From Candidatus Poseidoniaceae archaeon (GTDB lineage Archaea; Thermoplasmatota; Poseidoniia; Poseidoniales; Poseidoniaceae), in contig JBMZIJ010000002.1 of assembly GCA_049616955.1 (NCBI GenBank), forward strand, positions 25,972-89,971: a DNA stretch of 64,000 nucleotides. Direction: 5' to 3'. The notes below the pieces were generated by a model. It had not been told where the DNA came from. It saw only the letters and a program-made list of their open reading frames with translations, and did not search any database. A program made the translations under genes and the position numbers. Shown in pieces: positions 62,482 through 64,000 of this stretch. Position 1 is the first letter of the stretch; each line of letters begins with the position of its first letter.

Positions 62482-64000
62482 ATGGCGGGGCCTGGAGACG
62501 TTTTTGAGCGCTCGATGAGCATCAATGCCAAGTTTCTTCCTCGTCTTCAAGCAGCGGTTGAGCAGAACGCCTTGCTTCGTATTGGGTGGACGGGTTCTGG
62601 TGAAGAAGTACCGAAAGATGGTGAGATAGGGCTTTGCCCTGCCATGCCGGAGGGTGCTCGCATTCGTGCATTAGGGAAACTTGGTTCTTGGATCAGTAGC
62701 TTTGGATTAGGAGGTTCTTTCGATATTGAAGGAGAAGCCGGTTCATTTTTTGGAGCCTACAACAAGGGGAGTAAACTCTCTGCAACGGGATACATCGGAC
62801 GGTGTTCAGGTTTCATGATGCAAGGTGGAATCATAACCAGCGGCGATGGCAGTGGTGACGACCTTGGAATGTTCATGAACGATGGATTGATTGCTGTTCG
62901 AGGTGATGTTGGTCAGCGTATAGGCAATGGCATGACTGGTGGCATCATCGTGGTTCAAGGCGATGTTGGTAACGATGCTGGCTGTGGCATGAAAGGTGGG
63001 ATGATTATCATTGAAGGTCGTTGTCCAACCCCTCCACAGGGCACTCTACTTCGCCCACTCACGTCCAAGGAATTGAAAGAAATCAATGGTATGATTGAGA
63101 TCTACAACATGAACCTCGGAAGTGATGCGTTTTGTCTTGAGTCCAACAACAGCATTGAGTATCATATCGATGGTTCAACCGTTTCCTCAGGAGACCTCTC
63201 AAGCATCGCTATCACACCAATGGATGAAGCGCCGCTCATCGAAAACCATGATGTTGACACTGCTGCGTTGATTCACGGTGCCGATGAAGATGCACTTCCG
63301 ATTCTGCTTCCCCTCCCCATCCTTCCGTTCGTCCCTAACGGGAATGTACTCTCCATTGAATCCAATTCAACAGGACGTTTGTCCCACATTCAGACGCAAC
63401 CGTTTCTTGTCGAGGAGCACCCTCGACCGATCGATGTTCTCTCCCTGAACATCAGGAGCTTAGCAACACTTCCAGAGTACTCGAGCACAGTCGCTGGAGC
63501 CTGCATCGATTTTGACAGCCTCCCATCAATGACCGATGAAGAACTCGATGGTCTCCTCGTTATTCTTCGAACCTTGCTCAACCCAGAGTCACCTCTTTTG
63601 GCATGCCAAGGAATCTCAAGAATTCAATCGCTTCAAAAGCGCTCTGTATACCATAACATTCAGGTTGCGGTTTCTCGAATTGAAGATGGAACTGGTGTGC
63701 CCGAGGCTGCAACACTACCCATCATCGGGCGAGCGGTGAAAACGAACCTTGAGTCCTCAGAGACTACAGCTGCCCTTGAATTCGGGTTCACATGCGATGC
63801 TCACGATATCATCGTTGCTCGATGCGCAGGTGCACAATTCGTCATCACGCAACCTCCAGTCTTGGAATCCGACGACATGGAGTTTTGGCTTCAAGGTCTC
63901 TCCATCGATATGAAGCGAATCCTTCGTCAACTCGGGCTTGAATCCATCGACCAAGTTCAACGTGCACATCTACGTGCATTGGATTATGATACGGCTGCCA
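62482..64000 (+). CDS. GXGXG-motif domain protein (glutamate synthase alpha-subunit C-terminal-domain / FwdC-like) with uncharacterised C-terminal extension; 3' partial at window end
   Basis: ATG at 62482, frame open to 64000 (checked). Tandem GXGXG turns GGIITSGDGSGDDLG, GLIAVRGDVGQRIGNGMTGGIIVVQGDVGNDAGCGMKGGMIIIEG. Absent from the track because it has no in-window stop. Confidence 0.55.
   Translation, partial: MAGPGDVFERSMSINAKFLPRLQAAVEQNALLRIGWTGSGEEVPKDGEIGLCPAMPEGARIRALGKLGSWISSFGLGGSFDIEGEAGSFFGAYNKGSKLSATGYIGRCSGFMMQGGIITSGDGSGDDLGMFMNDGLIAVRGDVGQRIGNGMTGGIIVVQGDVGNDAGCGMKGGMIIIEGRCPTPPQGTLLRPLTSKELKEINGMIEIYNMNLGSDAFCLESNNSIEYHIDGSTVSSGDLSSIAITPMDEAPLIENHDVDTAALIHGADEDALPILLPLPILPFVPNGNVLSIESNSTGRLSHIQTQPFLVEEHPRPIDVLSLNIRSLATLPEYSSTVAGACIDFDSLPSMTDEELDGLLVILRTLLNPESPLLACQGISRIQSLQKRSVYHNIQVAVSRIEDGTGVPEAATLPIIGRAVKTNLESSETTAALEFGFTCDAHDIIVARCAGAQFVITQPPVLESDDMEFWLQGLSIDMKRILRQLGLESIDQVQRAHLRALDYDTAA

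Overview
Most likely a fragment of an archaeal chromosome, roughly 45-50% GC by eye. Archaeal-only markers are present: family B DNA polymerase, Dpo4, aIF6, RpoE'/Spt4, ribosomal proteins S24e/S27ae, RtcB, archaeal DtdA, type II GAPDH, Rpp21 and archaeal-type AlaRS. Gene content and the rRNA layout (23S-5S linked, no 16S) suggest a Thermoplasmatota / marine-group-II-like heterotroph, but that placement is an inference only. The window is densely coded with many 4-nt start/stop overlaps. Housekeeping genes (glyA, aminotransferase, valS, alaS, serA, purC, adk, gap, rRNA, two tRNAs, the rpoE-spt4-rps24e-rps27ae cluster) are interleaved with a large cell-surface/proteolytic complement. That complement comprises three secreted or membrane-anchored S8 subtilases (one of 1610 aa), a 1878-aa FG-GAP/CARDB/Ig-like surface protein, a truncated TSP3-repeat Ca-binding protein at the window start, and a 1015-aa polytopic membrane/TPR protein. 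A 3' partial GXGXG-domain protein lies at the window end. No CRISPR array, transposase, integrase or recognisable defence cassette was seen. The best candidates for something uncharacterised are: (i) a DNA-metabolism cluster of Dpo4, a RadB-like ATPase with a degenerate Walker A, and a PolB whose canonical exonuclease and polymerase motifs appear substituted; (ii) a tightly coupled three-gene cassette of membrane protein, SufS-like PLP enzyme and membrane-anchored subtilase; (iii) the giant surface proteins and their small co-oriented partner. The six-frame track omits ORFs that run off the window edges and uses TTG/GTG as starts, so several N-termini were re-set to conserved ATGs. All family assignments come from motif recognition by eye and need HMM/BLAST confirmation.
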